Below are positions 1-10,229 of a stretch of 64,000 bases of DNA, piece by piece. The first letter of the stretch is position 1. Each line of letters starts with the position of its first letter. The position numbers and the translations under genes were made by a program. Source of the DNA: an uncultured Chlamydiae bacterium (lineage in GTDB: Bacteria > Chlamydiota > Chlamydiia > Chlamydiales > Parachlamydiaceae); assembly GCA_963830365.1 (NCBI GenBank), contig CAWHMU010000035.1, positions 1-64,000 on the forward strand, given 5' to 3'. The notes under the pieces are model-generated. The model saw nothing but the letters and a program-made list of their open reading frames with translations, had not been told where the DNA came from and made no database searches.

Positions 1-1205
1 CATCGTGCAAATGAGTACCTAACTTTGTGTAAACTATAGAGACGTAATTTAAAATACTCCATATCTCGAAATCCGTAAGCTTGGCGCTTCATTGTTTTAA
101 TCTTGTTATTGATCCCCTCAGTCTTTGCATTGGTGATGGGATGTTTAAAATAGTTTACCAATCCTTGCCAATGCCTAAGCAGGGTTTTTCCTGCCTTCTC
201 CAGCTCATGTATCCCTGACTCCATAGTATCCATTATCCACCAAGCAAGAAATCTAGCCCCCTCTTTCACCGTCTGTTTAGACCAAAATTGACGAATTTGC
301 TCCTTCATTGCATGAGCCAAGGCTATCGGTTGATTTACTTCTAAAAGGCATTCCAAACTACTTTTTCTCTTAGAATCAAGTTTTTCATAGTTCCTTAAAA
401 GTAAAAATCTCATTCCTTTAATGACTCTTAAGCCAACTTCATTGCATTTTGCCTGCTGATCTCTCCGGATTTCCTCGATTGCCGTATTCAATAATGCCAC
501 GACATGAAATCGATCAAATACTATGTCAACATCCGGTAAATGATTTTGTACAGCTGATGCATAGGCTGCATTCATGTCCATAGCCATCGCTTTGAGCTGT
601 AAAGCCTTTTCCTTCAACTCTAAGAGGAATGGGATTACGCTTCCCATGCTTTTACCTTCTACGGCGTGAATGATTTCTCCTGTCTCAAGGTTGATGAAAA
701 TCGTCATGTATTCATGCCCTTTTCGAATACTAAACTCATCGATGCCCACGTATCGAAGGGATGTAAAATCGAAACTCTTATACTCCCTCTGAAGATATGC
801 TTTATGTATACCCTTCACGAGACTCCAAGAAACCCCAAGGAATTTTGCCACATGTTCTATTGTTGCAAACCCCATAAGATTAATGACAAACTTCTCAAAG
901 GAAGTGGTATAACGCTTTCTGGGCTTGACAAAGGGAATCGGGGGCCACCAAACGTGTAGGCAATTGACGCATTGAAGACGATGTAGCCGCAGGTTGAGAA
1001 AAGCCATTTTGTTCCCTAGAGGGGCCATGCGAAGCCTACGTAACTTCAGTCCCTTCGATATGGATTCACTGTTCCCACAGCAAGGACAAAGTGTTTTTTT
1101 GGGTTGAAGAAGCGCCTCGAAAAGTATTTTGTCTTCATGATATTCACGATTCAGGACTTGAACATCTTCGATCTGATTGGTATGGTAAAGCAGTGAAGCA
1201 GGCAT
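1..1205 (-). CDS. ISL3-family DDE transposase (~400 aa; stop codon just outside the window, so absent from the ORF track)
   Basis: Manual translation from ATG 1205 with GGAG RBS: zinc-finger CPCCG/CVNC, GIDEFSIRKGHEYMT, AMDMNAAY, VFDRFHVV, TNAKTEGINNKIKTMKRQAYGFRD. Confidence 0.93.
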   Translation of the reverse strand, partial: MPASLLYHTNQIEDVQVLNREYHEDKILFEALLQPKKTLCPCCGNSESISKGLKLRRLRMAPLGNKMAFLNLRLHRLQCVNCLHVWWPPIPFVKPRKRYTTSFEKFVINLMGFATIEHVAKFLGVSWSLVKGIHKAYLQREYKSFDFTSLRYVGIDEFSIRKGHEYMTIFINLETGEIIHAVEGKSMGSVIPFLLELKEKALQLKAMAMDMNAAYASAVQNHLPDVDIVFDRFHVVALLNTAIEEIRRDQQAKCNEVGLRVIKGMRFLLLRNYEKLDSKRKSSLECLLEVNQPIALAHAMKEQIRQFWSKQTVKEGARFLAWWIMDTMESGIHELEKAGKTLLRHWQGLVNYFKHPITNAKTEGINNKIKTMKRQAYGFRDMEYFKLRLYSLHKVRYSFAR

Positions 1206-1323
1206 ATTAAATCTCCTTTTTTGTCGAAGGATTTAATAAATTGTCTGCTTCTCTTTTTCAACTAGTTAAACTAGCCCCATTTCTTCGTTCTCCTCGGCTA
1301 GGTACTCATTTGCGCGATGAGCC
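1..1323 (-). mobile_element. ISL3-family insertion sequence, one end truncated by about 4 bp at the window edge
   Basis: Terminal IR at 1299-1323 reads GGCTCATCGCGCAAATGAGTACCTA on the minus strand and matches the window start CATCGTGCAAATGAGTACCTA; GGCTC ends are typical of ISL3; encloses a transposase. Confidence 0.92.
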
Positions 1324-1330
1324 ATAACTC

Positions 1331-2131
1331 ATGCGCTGGAACTGGAAATCTTCTGATTACCAAATAAAATGCTTGGGTAATGGTATTTTAGGTAATTTTC
1401 TCATCATCTTCTTTTCTGTTTATGCCTGGCAACTGCATGGTGATAGTCATATAGCACAGGCGAAACAGCAAAAGGGTACCATCATCATTTTGAACGGACC
1501 GCCTGCGGCGGGGAAGACAAGCATCCAAAATGCCATCCAAAAGAAGTTTGATCAGCTATATTTGAAGATGGGCATCGATGCGTTCTTTGAAGAACTGATC
1601 CCGATTCCCGATTTATCATCTTTTGAAACAACACAGAAATTCGCGCAGTACACCAATGACGGGGTGCTAATCCGAAGTGTAAAAATCAATAAAGACGATG
1701 AAGGAAATCAGGTTTTCACTTATGGATTCGGTCCTGCCGGTGATAAAATTTTCTCGGGGATGCATTATGCGATCGCCGCCTACTCGAACCAAGGCAACAA
1801 TGTCGTCGTCGACTATATCCTATTCAAGCCTGACTGGCTTCCGGATCTTGTGGAGGCTTTGAAAGATCACACCGTTTATCTAGTCGGCTTAAGAGCGCCT
1901 ATAGAGGTATTGGAAAAAAGAGAGAAAAATAGAGGCACATCACCTGTCGGACAAGCCAGAAGCCTTTATCAGACAGTGCATAAAGGCTTGATCTACGATC
2001 TGGCACTCGATGTCGGCAAGCTGACGCCCGAGCAAAGCGCCCAAAAAATCCAAGCCTTCATTAAAGAAAATCCCCAGCCAACAGCTCTTAAGAGGCTGGT
2101 TAAACAATTCGAAAACCAAAAGAAGACATAG
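1331..2131 (+). CDS. Chloramphenicol phosphotransferase-like (CPT family) P-loop kinase with hydrophobic N-terminal segment
   Basis: IIILNGPPAAGKTS Walker A, GIDAF, NVVVDY, EKREKNRG..GQARS, YDLALD. Confidence 0.8.
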   Translation: MRWNWKSSDYQIKCLGNGILGNFLIIFFSVYAWQLHGDSHIAQAKQQKGTIIILNGPPAAGKTSIQNAIQKKFDQLYLKMGIDAFFEELIPIPDLSSFETTQKFAQYTNDGVLIRSVKINKDDEGNQVFTYGFGPAGDKIFSGMHYAIAAYSNQGNNVVVDYILFKPDWLPDLVEALKDHTVYLVGLRAPIEVLEKREKNRGTSPVGQARSLYQTVHKGLIYDLALDVGKLTPEQSAQKIQAFIKENPQPTALKRLVKQFENQKKT

Positions 2132-2139
2132 AGAACCTT

Positions 2140-2562
2140 ATGGCATCGATTAGGGCGACAATTTTTTATGACAAACGCTATTGGGTAGGCGTTTTTGAAC
2201 GCACGGATGTCGAAGGCTATGCCGTCGCAAGGCACATCTTTGGGGCCGAACCCAAAGACCCCGAGGTGTACGCATTTGTCTTGAATCATTTTCACGAACT
2301 GAACTTCGGTAAACTTAAAGAATTGAAGCTGGAAATAAAGCGCATGAATCCCAAAAGGGTGCAGCGCGAAGTCCGCCGCGAAATGCAGAAAATCAAAGAA
2401 ACGACAAAACCCTCCACGCTTGCCCATGATTATATGCGCGAAGAACTGGAAAAGAAAAAGATCGAAAAAATCCATCAAAGCAGTGCCGAAAAGCAAGCGC
2501 GCAAAGATGAACAGTTTGATGTTAAACAACAAAAACGAAAAGAAAAACATCGCGGCCATTAG
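2140..2562 (+). CDS. YjdF-family (DUF2992) protein
   Basis: YWVGVFER, FGAEPKDPEVY, NPKRVQRE, C-terminal KEKHRGH. Confidence 0.88.
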   Translation: MASIRATIFYDKRYWVGVFERTDVEGYAVARHIFGAEPKDPEVYAFVLNHFHELNFGKLKELKLEIKRMNPKRVQREVRREMQKIKETTKPSTLAHDYMREELEKKKIEKIHQSSAEKQARKDEQFDVKQQKRKEKHRGH

Positions 2563-2690
2563 CCGCAGCAATCCTATTTCGCCGATGGCTGTTAATTAAT
2601 GACGCTTAAAATATGGATGGACCCCCCATGGCCGCAGGCTATTTAGTGGCGGCCAATATTGCCCGTCTCTTACTTCTACAGCCTTAAAAT

Positions 2691-3602
2691 TTAATAGAAG
2701 GACCAAGCAAAATTGACGTTGAGGGCATAGTCAAACTTCTGTTGATAGCCGAAGAGATGCTGGCTTATGGGAAGGCTAACGCCGAACTGGATGATGATTT
2801 CATTCGATGAGATCCATAGCGAGGGGGTGGCATAGACCACGTTGCCGCCTGAATTTGCATCAAGCACACCATTGACCCTGTTTTTTTTGGTATATTGCCC
2901 GTCAATTTCTACCAGCCATGCATATATCCATCCTTCAGGGCTCGCTATATTTCTACCGATGCCAAATTGATAAAGGAATTGATCCCCGAATTTTGTACGT
3001 TGTTCGGAATTTGTTAAAATAGCTCCCGGCGCCGTAAAAAAAAACCAATCGACCATCGTGCGATAAAAGGTGGCGCCTATAAAGACACTTGGCGAGCCAA
3101 ATCCTGTCGGTGGATTTTTGCGGGCCGAGCCGGTTGGAAAGGTGATATTGGCCAATACCGTGGCTTGATCGATATAGGATATAGTCGATTTGTTATAGAA
3201 AGCATATTCCAGCTGGATAAGAAAATCCTCAAGACCGCTCGCTGTATAGCCATTACTCCTAATCAAGGGTGTAAAAGGAAGAGCGTACAGAATGGACCAC
3301 TCAGCCGTAATACCGAAGACCACATTTGGAAAAAGATCGATGGTGGTCTTATTTCTCCCCACAAATTCGTCGGCAAAGAAATTGACCAGGATTTCACCTT
3401 TATCGATGATGTTGCCGCCGAAACCAAAAAGCGCTGCAGGCTGCTGAGAGGTTGGCAAGGCGAAATTTCCGATTTTGGGAGGCTGCTCTTCACCCAGCAG
3501 TAGGACAGGGCTAAAGAGAAGCCACCACGCCACGAGCTGCGCAAACTTCAGCCTTAAAGCCCTGCCGGATTGTATTTCACCTCTTCCGGAATAAGATGGC
3601 AT
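2691..3602 (-). CDS. Putative outer-membrane beta-barrel protein; true start uncertain
   Basis: Hydrophobic signal-like segment, alternating beta-strand pattern, FPTG..PTGFGS, C-terminal NVNFAWSFY. Confidence 0.6.
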   Translation of the reverse strand: MPSYSGRGEIQSGRALRLKFAQLVAWWLLFSPVLLLGEEQPPKIGNFALPTSQQPAALFGFGGNIIDKGEILVNFFADEFVGRNKTTIDLFPNVVFGITAEWSILYALPFTPLIRSNGYTASGLEDFLIQLEYAFYNKSTISYIDQATVLANITFPTGSARKNPPTGFGSPSVFIGATFYRTMVDWFFFTAPGAILTNSEQRTKFGDQFLYQFGIGRNIASPEGWIYAWLVEIDGQYTKKNRVNGVLDANSGGNVVYATPSLWISSNEIIIQFGVSLPISQHLFGYQQKFDYALNVNFAWSFY

Positions 3603-4341
3603 TCTCGTCCTCTATCATCGAAATCATGTCACATGCCGCATAGAGGGCGCAGAAAGCGTCTTTTTTAGGCTGCTGCCCGTTAATTGTGATAAACACATTA
3701 GACATCAAAATGTAGCCATGGCGATTGACTTTGGGAAGATATAAATTCACATCTTGTAGAGATATTTGCTTTGAATAATCGCCATCCAAATGCAAAAAAT
3801 CAATTCCTTCATTGACACCAGAAGCAGCCGCTTGAGAGGTCTTCTGGATGATGGTGCAATATTTCTCCAGCTTCCATTGGCGCAGCAGCGTTTTAAATTG
3901 CTGTTTTATACTTGTCATGTCGACATGTTCCCACCAAGACCTGTTTGCATCCGATGGATCCATATATTTGACAGCTTCGCTATTAGACCAGGCATCGATG
4001 GCATAGACTTTACCCTTTTGGATGTATTTGAGCGCGGCAGCGATGGGAAGCGTTGAGGAGCCGGCAAAAACGCCTATGTCGACGCACACCCTTGGCTTAG
4101 TGAGCACCACTAAATCCATAATGAGTTGAGCTTTTTCATTGGAACACCAGCTTCCAGTCAGATACGCCGATACATCAGCTTTCAAATTAATGAAATCGTC
4201 ATTATTGAGAACCGTGGCAGCTTTATTCGATATGCACTCAGGATCCCATGCTGCGATTAAATTTGTAAAGGTCGACAACAGCAAAACGACGAGTATAGTT
4301 TTTGTTTGGACAGCCTTGATAAAATCGCTTTTTAGCCTCAT
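3577..4341 (-). CDS. Class I SAM-dependent methyltransferase (Methyltransf_24-like) with signal-peptide-like N-terminus
   Basis: VDIGVFAGSS, AIDAW, DFLHLDGDYS; ATG 4341 overlaps the upstream TGA (ATGA). Confidence 0.82.
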   Translation of the reverse strand: MRLKSDFIKAVQTKTILVVLLLSTFTNLIAAWDPECISNKAATVLNNDDFINLKADVSAYLTGSWCSNEKAQLIMDLVVLTKPRVCVDIGVFAGSSTLPIAAALKYIQKGKVYAIDAWSNSEAVKYMDPSDANRSWWEHVDMTSIKQQFKTLLRQWKLEKYCTIIQKTSQAAASGVNEGIDFLHLDGDYSKQISLQDVNLYLPKVNRHGYILMSNVFITINGQQPKKDAFCALYAACDMISMIEDENAILFRKR

Positions 4342-5318
4342 AGACCTTCCTGGATACTGCCATTCAAATGAACTGATGTTTGTGAATTTATTACCCATTG
4401 GGTCACAAGGTCTATTAAATTATTCCTAATTGGAATATATGCTTCTGGATTTGGGCCTGGGTGATCGAAATCAAACTCAAACTCGCCACGCAGAAATTCA
4501 TCACGGGTACAGTTGCGCACAAGTTCTTTTAGCCCATCAAAGCGGGCAGAGCCCTTCTGATTGATCAACAATACTGGTGTCTCCAAGGCCAGATTGGGCA
4601 GGGTGGCATGCAACCTTGTGGTGACGACGCATTTAGCCCTTTTATACTTTTCCAAAAGGTTTTCGGCGTAGTTTAGCCTTTGTTGATTCGTGAGGAAGGT
4701 TATGAACTTAAGGCCGTGATGCACCACCTCGACTTTAGACTGTGTTTTCGACTTCAGATATGCCAGGCACGCACTGTCTATATCCACGGCATAAATGATG
4801 TCTCCCCTCTCTTGGCAGTCGTTTTCTAACGTCAGGGTAAGGCAGCCTGAAAAGTAAGATGGGATATTTTGCGCCTGCAGCAGATGCAGGGTAGGATAAT
4901 CTCTAGCGCCTACTGGCCCATGCTGTTTAAGATAGGCGATGCCTTCATCGGATAAGGCTTCAGGTACAAAGCCTGGGTCAAGATGGATAGATATTAAGAG
5001 TGGATCTATTGAGGGCGGAGGCGGCCAGCATTTATCGGGCGGAGGAACATCATTTACATACCAGCAGTAGTCTTTGGTATGCATATACCAGCCATTCATT
5101 AGCGTTTTAACGGCTCCGGCATGCTCAAAAGCGCCTATAAATTCCCGATCGATGGCAATACTGTTTTCGGGTAAAAACCTTTTGGCAGCGACAGCTTGGA
5201 TATCATCCCCGATATTATAGCTGGAATAGGAAATATATCCAAAATCGGTTTGCGCATAGATACATGCATAAATTAGGACAAGTGGAAGAAATGCCGATAT
5301 TGTCTTTTTTTTCATCAA
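4338..5318 (-). CDS. Polysaccharide pyruvyltransferase-family protein with signal-peptide-like N-terminus
   Basis: NIGDDIQ, VGARD, FSGCLTLTL, VVTTRLHATLP motifs; MMKKKTISAFLPLVLIYACIYA. Confidence 0.85.
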   Translation of the reverse strand: MMKKKTISAFLPLVLIYACIYAQTDFGYISYSSYNIGDDIQAVAAKRFLPENSIAIDREFIGAFEHAGAVKTLMNGWYMHTKDYCWYVNDVPPPDKCWPPPPSIDPLLISIHLDPGFVPEALSDEGIAYLKQHGPVGARDYPTLHLLQAQNIPSYFSGCLTLTLENDCQERGDIIYAVDIDSACLAYLKSKTQSKVEVVHHGLKFITFLTNQQRLNYAENLLEKYKRAKCVVTTRLHATLPNLALETPVLLINQKGSARFDGLKELVRNCTRDEFLRGEFEFDFDHPGPNPEAYIPIRNNLIDLVTQWVINSQTSVHLNGSIQEGL

Positions 5319-5321
5319 ATT

Positions 5322-6827
5322 CTACGTTGGATTCAGGTCTGGAAGCTTCTCGTTTTTGTCTTTTTTAGGCACTTGTTTGGCAGGCTTTGCATATTGCAGA
5401 TATTTTTCTCTATTATCAATATCTTTCGAAACTACAGCCGTTTTTTTTTGTCGCATGACTCTTCTCTGCAGAGAGATCCCCCAGAATACAGCTACAAACA
5501 GCAATATTGCCAAGACGGCGATTAGAACGTACAGCAACGGATTATTTTGGACTACCGCCGTCTGGGGGGCAGCAGTAGTAGTGTGCGCCTCATCAGACAC
5601 CGTCTCAGGCTTGGTAGAAAGGACCTTATTTGGCGATGGTGCAAGCTGCAGCGTCCTGGAAGGTATGCGGGCGTAGGCTTTTTCGCTCTTTTTGACGTCC
5701 CACCAGGCTATTGAGATTTCAGGCAGCGTCAGGGTGCCTGATTGCTGCGGAATGATGGTGTACTGCTCTTTGCGGAAGCTGTGGATGCTGCCATCTTTTA
5801 CTTCATCGCCAAATTCCGGTTTGTCGGCATAGATTTTAAAGTCTTTGTCAGTGATTAGCAGCTCGTTTAAACTGGGTAACTGGCTTGAAGTTAGCCCCTC
5901 TGCGCTAATTTTAAAGCTGCGGATGAACGGCTCCCCCTCTTGCAGAGGTTGGGAGGCATTCCATATTTCTTCGATTTTCAAGGATTTAGCCGGCAGCCAA
6001 GGGTTCAGGCCGGCTATGGCAGGTTGAATCTCCAAAATCTTTTCCTCTGTCGCCAATCCAAAAGGATGCAGCCGGTCAAATCCCTGCATGACAGCAAAGG
6101 GATCATAATCATCATCGAAGAACGACCCATGACGAGTTTTCCTTTTTACGAGCATTCCTCCGTGAACTACAGTAGAGGGAATCTTCAAAGTGCCTGCCTT
6201 CAAAGGCGTGATGATATAACCGAACTCGACGACATTGACTCTTGCCCCATTGACGACTTTCTCAAAGGTTATCGGTTCGCCGTTTACTTCAACAATGGCG
6301 TCATCGACGTTAAGCTTCTGGGTCTGGATATTTGCCAAGGCACGCTTTGAAGAGAGTCTCACGGTATAGATGATCGGCTCGTTTTTATAAGGCTTGGCAG
6401 TGCTTACATCCACGCTCAGGATCACGGCATTGTCATCGGTTGCATTGCTGACAGCGGCAGCACCTTTAATCGTACGGATGGCAATGGGCTCGCTTGATAG
6501 GGACCCTGCTGATGTCTGTATGGAAATCGACGGGATTAAAGTCTCCCCTTCCTTTTGGGGAATGAGGATGATCTTCCACATCGTGCTTGAAGTAACTTTT
6601 CCGTTGACAATGGCAACATTGGAAGATTGCTGATGGGAATTAATAACGAAGGCATTGTTCAATGCATCTATGGAAGGGGCTCCGTTGGCTGAGGCTTCCT
6701 TTAGAGTGAGATTTAAGGTCACGCTTTCCCCAAGAGGGATCTCAGTACGGCTGACGCTGGCTGTAAATTCCCCTGAAATGAGGTACAAGGGCAGCAGCAA
6801 ACATACATAAAATAGATGCATCACCAT
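5322..6827 (-). CDS. batD: BatD-family protein
   Basis: Signal peptide, FTASVSRTEI, repeated beta domains, WWDV motif, C-terminal TM; position in the Bat operon. Confidence 0.85.
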   Translation of the reverse strand: MVMHLFYVCLLLPLYLISGEFTASVSRTEIPLGESVTLNLTLKEASANGAPSIDALNNAFVINSHQQSSNVAIVNGKVTSSTMWKIILIPQKEGETLIPSISIQTSAGSLSSEPIAIRTIKGAAAVSNATDDNAVILSVDVSTAKPYKNEPIIYTVRLSSKRALANIQTQKLNVDDAIVEVNGEPITFEKVVNGARVNVVEFGYIITPLKAGTLKIPSTVVHGGMLVKRKTRHGSFFDDDYDPFAVMQGFDRLHPFGLATEEKILEIQPAIAGLNPWLPAKSLKIEEIWNASQPLQEGEPFIRSFKISAEGLTSSQLPSLNELLITDKDFKIYADKPEFGDEVKDGSIHSFRKEQYTIIPQQSGTLTLPEISIAWWDVKKSEKAYARIPSRTLQLAPSPNKVLSTKPETVSDEAHTTTAAPQTAVVQNNPLLYVLIAVLAILLFVAVFWGISLQRRVMRQKKTAVVSKDIDNREKYLQYAKPAKQVPKKDKNEKLPDLNPT

Positions 6828-8758
6828 GGATCAACCCCCGCTTTGGTGCCATTTCTCTTTGATTCAAGATAGAATTTGTTCTTCATAAATGTTTTTGGAT
6901 CATTGGAAATCCGGTTGAGCCACAGGTCTGCATCATGATCGGCTTGTGATTTGGCTGCTTTAGCATCTTTATCTTCGTTATTAGAGTCTTCATTTTTAGG
7001 GGCTGCTACTTCTAGCCCCTCCTTTACCTCTTCATTCCCTTCGTCAGCATCCGTATCATTTTCCTTCTGCGCTCCCTGCTGCTGCTCCGCCTCTTTAGAC
7101 TCTGCTTGCCGTTCCTCATCTTTTTCAGTATTTTGCGGTTGGTCTTTCCCCTGCTGCGACTCTTGCTTATTAGCGTCTTGCTTGTTAGACGCTTTAGAAT
7201 CCTGCTTTCCACCCTTCTCTTGGTTCTCGGAGCCATCCTGATCTTGGCCATGCTGGTCTTGGCCATCCTGGTCTTGGCCATCCTGGTCTTGTCCGTCTTC
7301 TTCTTGATTGTCTTGTTGATCGGACTTTTGCGAATTAGAGTCCTTTTGCTGTTTCTCTGCCTTTTGCTCGGCCAGCATTTTTTTTACAAGTTCAAGGTTG
7401 TCTTTGGCTTTGGTATGTTCGGGCCATTGTTTGAGGACCTCTTCATAAGCCGCAACAGCCTCCTTCAACTTTTGCTGCTGTACGAGGGAGTTGCCTAAAT
7501 TGTAGGCAGCACTTGCGGCGACATTTTCGCGGGAGGATTGCCGGAACATCATTTCAGCTTCAGTGAAATTGCCGGCCTTATAGTAAGCCACACCCTTGCG
7601 GTAAGGATCATGCAGTGTGCTGATAGCCTTTTCATAATCGCCATCATCCAGCGCCTGTTTGCCAACCGCTGCAGAGTTCTTGAAATAATCGTCGATGGCT
7701 GCAGCTTGAAGAGTATAGGCCGGGGTTAAAAGGATGAGCATCATAGCAAAGATATGGCCCCTGCTGAACCACCATAGCAAGACGGGCAAGACCGGCAGGA
7801 TTAGCAAATAGAAATGTTCATCCCAAAACTGGTTTTTCTTGCTAAGCTCCTTCTGCGCATCGGCACGCTTTTCAAGCTCCTTAAGTATGCCAGACTCCTC
7901 ATGATCAGAATAATGCACTTCCAGATAACGTCCATGGGCAGCTGTGCTGATCTCGCCGAGCCTTTCTCGATCCAGCTTTGAAATGATGGGCGCCCCATTT
8001 TTCTTCATGACATTTCCTGCATGATCTTGCAAGGGAGCGCCTTCAGCCGAACCGATACCCATAGTATGGATCACGATACCTCTTTGAGCAAGTGCCCGTG
8101 CTGTCGCGATGGCGCCCGCATCTTCAAAGCCCCCGTCGCTGATGACAAGCAGCGCCTTATTGTTGCCCGGTTCGGCCTCCAACATGGTGGCTGCCATATC
8201 GAGCGCAGGCGATAACCTGCTGCCTTGGATATGGACTAGATCTGTGTCCAGCGAAGGCAGCAGATGGCGGATGGTCTCTTTATCATCTGTCACCGGCGTG
8301 ATCATATGCGGATCGGCTGCAAAAGCGATGAGCCCTACTTTGACTCCCTTGGAGAGGTTGATAAGATCCTCTATCTTTTGTTTTGCGCGTACCAGACGTG
8401 AAGGCTTAACATCCCGTCCATTCATTGACTCCGACAGGTCGAGCAAAATCACAAGGCTTTGATCCCGAGAATACGTCTCCATTTCACGGAAGCTCCATCT
8501 GGGGCCTGCCAAGGCCAGGGTAAGACAAAGCCAGACGGCAGACCACAGCAGCAGAGCCTTCCAGAGAGATTTCTTTTTTTCTGTGCCATTCACCAATAGG
8601 TACGGGAGCAGGTGGCGATCAATAAAATTTTCCAGCTGATGTTGGGGGCGGTTGGGTTGATAAAAGAGAAAAAAGACCGTCCATATCAAAGGGATGACAA
8701 GCCCTCCCCACAGCCACCACGGGTGAGAAAAATGCAGTTGACTAAGCTCCACAGGCAA
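6821..8758 (-). CDS. BatB/BatC-like VWA + TPR protein with acidic Q/D/E-rich tail
   Basis: LALAGPRW, MIDAS DLSESM, ISDGG, TPR AAYNLGN..AKDNLE, low-complexity tail, terminal DPW. Confidence 0.88.
   Translation of the reverse strand: MPVELSQLHFSHPWWLWGGLVIPLIWTVFFLFYQPNRPQHQLENFIDRHLLPYLLVNGTEKKKSLWKALLLWSAVWLCLTLALAGPRWSFREMETYSRDQSLVILLDLSESMNGRDVKPSRLVRAKQKIEDLINLSKGVKVGLIAFAADPHMITPVTDDKETIRHLLPSLDTDLVHIQGSRLSPALDMAATMLEAEPGNNKALLVISDGGFEDAGAIATARALAQRGIVIHTMGIGSAEGAPLQDHAGNVMKKNGAPIISKLDRERLGEISTAAHGRYLEVHYSDHEESGILKELEKRADAQKELSKKNQFWDEHFYLLILPVLPVLLWWFSRGHIFAMMLILLTPAYTLQAAAIDDYFKNSAAVGKQALDDGDYEKAISTLHDPYRKGVAYYKAGNFTEAEMMFRQSSRENVAASAAYNLGNSLVQQQKLKEAVAAYEEVLKQWPEHTKAKDNLELVKKMLAEQKAEKQQKDSNSQKSDQQDNQEEDGQDQDGQDQDGQDQHGQDQDGSENQEKGGKQDSKASNKQDANKQESQQGKDQPQNTEKDEERQAESKEAEQQQGAQKENDTDADEGNEEVKEGLEVAAPKNEDSNNEDKDAKAAKSQADHDADLWLNRISNDPKTFMKNKFYLESKRNGTKAGVDPW
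7232..7291. repeat. Four tandem 15-bp units encoding QDQDG repeats
   Basis: GCCATCCTGGTCTTG x4 with two substitutions. Confidence 0.9.
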
Positions 8759-9758
8759 TTCTCCTATAAAGAAGCTGGTATAAAGAAAGAATAAGCAAAA
8801 GCGCCATACCTACCCCTAAAGGGTAATAATAGAGGGGTTCGCGAATCAAAAATATCGTTTCATTAGATTCTGTCTTCTCCAGTTCATCGATTTTGCCATA
8901 TATTGACTTCAGCGCCTTTTGATCCGTTGCCAGGAAATATTGCCCTCCGGTGAGGGCGGCGATTTCCTTCAATAACCCCTCATCAATGGACACCTCAACC
9001 ATGCTATACCCTCCGAATTGATTCGGAAAAGGCACCTGCCCTTTCTTGCCGACACCGATAGTATAGATTCTGATGCCATACTGTTTGGCAAGCTTAGCCG
9101 CTTCCAGCGGAGGGATACTGCTGGCATTGTCTTCGCCATCAGTCAACAGCACAAGCACACGGGAACCTTCAGGCCGCTCGCGCAAGGTTTTGACGCTCAG
9201 TCCGATGGCATCGCCGATAGCCGTTGCATTCCCCGCCATGCCGGAGACCGTATCATTAAGCATCCGGCTAACTGCCACTGTATCAAGGGTGAGAGGGACG
9301 TGCAGGTAGGCGTTTTCGCCGAATGCGACAAGCCCTACGCGGTCCCCTTGCCTGCCCAAGACGAACTTACCGACAACATCCTTGGTGGCATCCAGGCGGC
9401 TGATGACCTTGGTTTGAGTCGAGAAATCCACCGCCTGCATCGATGCTGAGATGTCGACGGCGAGCATGAGATCATAACCCTTATTCTTCTGTTGCCTGAA
9501 TTGATCTACGATCTCAGGCTGCATCAGCGCAAGCACCAAACAAAGCCATGCTAAGGAAAAAAGGATTAAAAATGGACGATCCGAGCGCTTTGAAACAGCG
9601 CCATAGGCAGGGAAGACACCCTTCAGCCTATGAAGGGCAGGAAACATAATTTCAGGTGATTCGTCTGCATCATCTTTTCCTATAGCTGGTGCAAGCCTCC
9701 TCACAACAAAAGGCAGCGGTAGAAGTAGGGCAAACCAAGGCCAATAAAAATTAAACAT
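8742..9758 (-). CDS. batA: BatA-like VWA domain protein
   Basis: AVDISASM MIDAS, DRVGLVAFG, TAIGDAIG, LLTDGEDN, TGGQYF. Confidence 0.88.
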   Translation of the reverse strand: MFNFYWPWFALLLPLPFVVRRLAPAIGKDDADESPEIMFPALHRLKGVFPAYGAVSKRSDRPFLILFSLAWLCLVLALMQPEIVDQFRQQKNKGYDLMLAVDISASMQAVDFSTQTKVISRLDATKDVVGKFVLGRQGDRVGLVAFGENAYLHVPLTLDTVAVSRMLNDTVSGMAGNATAIGDAIGLSVKTLRERPEGSRVLVLLTDGEDNASSIPPLEAAKLAKQYGIRIYTIGVGKKGQVPFPNQFGGYSMVEVSIDEGLLKEIAALTGGQYFLATDQKALKSIYGKIDELEKTESNETIFLIREPLYYYPLGVGMALLLILSLYQLLYRRIACGA

Positions 9759-10229
9759 TTAATGTACCCAATCTCTGACAGCTTGTATTAAGTCTTTTAT
9801 CTGAGGAATAGATAGTCTGCTATCCACCGGAGCATAAGGCACCTCGATCATAACAGCCCCCCTCTTCTCCCAGTCGAAGCTTTTCGGATCATGCTTGGCA
9901 AGCCATTTCAGCCAAGCCTCTCCGGATAGGCCGGCACATGCGCCGCGTGAAAAACGCTTGAGGGCGATACGCTTTAAATATTCGGAAAGGACGATGATAG
10001 TGTCCCTGGCCGTGGCTTCCGTTAGATTTTCCTCCAGCCGGGCAAGTTTTTTAAAGGTGTCATATTTCCAGCTGCGCATAAATGCCAACCTTGAGACCGC
10101 AAAATATATCGCCGCAGTTATAACGCACCCCCCAATGATAATAAGCACCCACCACCCGATAGCCAGCGGCCACCAGCTGATGGGGTCCAATCCTTCAATA
10201 TCGTGAAGCTGCTCCAACAGCGGACTCAT
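9759..10229 (-). CDS. DUF4381 domain protein
   Basis: LHDI...ISWWPLAIGWW, LSGEAWLKWL; operon position. Confidence 0.85.
   Translation of the reverse strand: MSPLLEQLHDIEGLDPISWWPLAIGWWVLIIIGGCVITAAIYFAVSRLAFMRSWKYDTFKKLARLEENLTEATARDTIIVLSEYLKRIALKRFSRGACAGLSGEAWLKWLAKHDPKSFDWEKRGAVMIEVPYAPVDSRLSIPQIKDLIQAVRDWVH

Noticed and set aside
666..959. 97-aa ORF on + strand
   Set aside because: Antisense shadow of the ISL3 transposase
1331..2131. Bona fide chloramphenicol resistance gene
   Set aside because: Family-level similarity only; the substrate cannot be inferred from sequence
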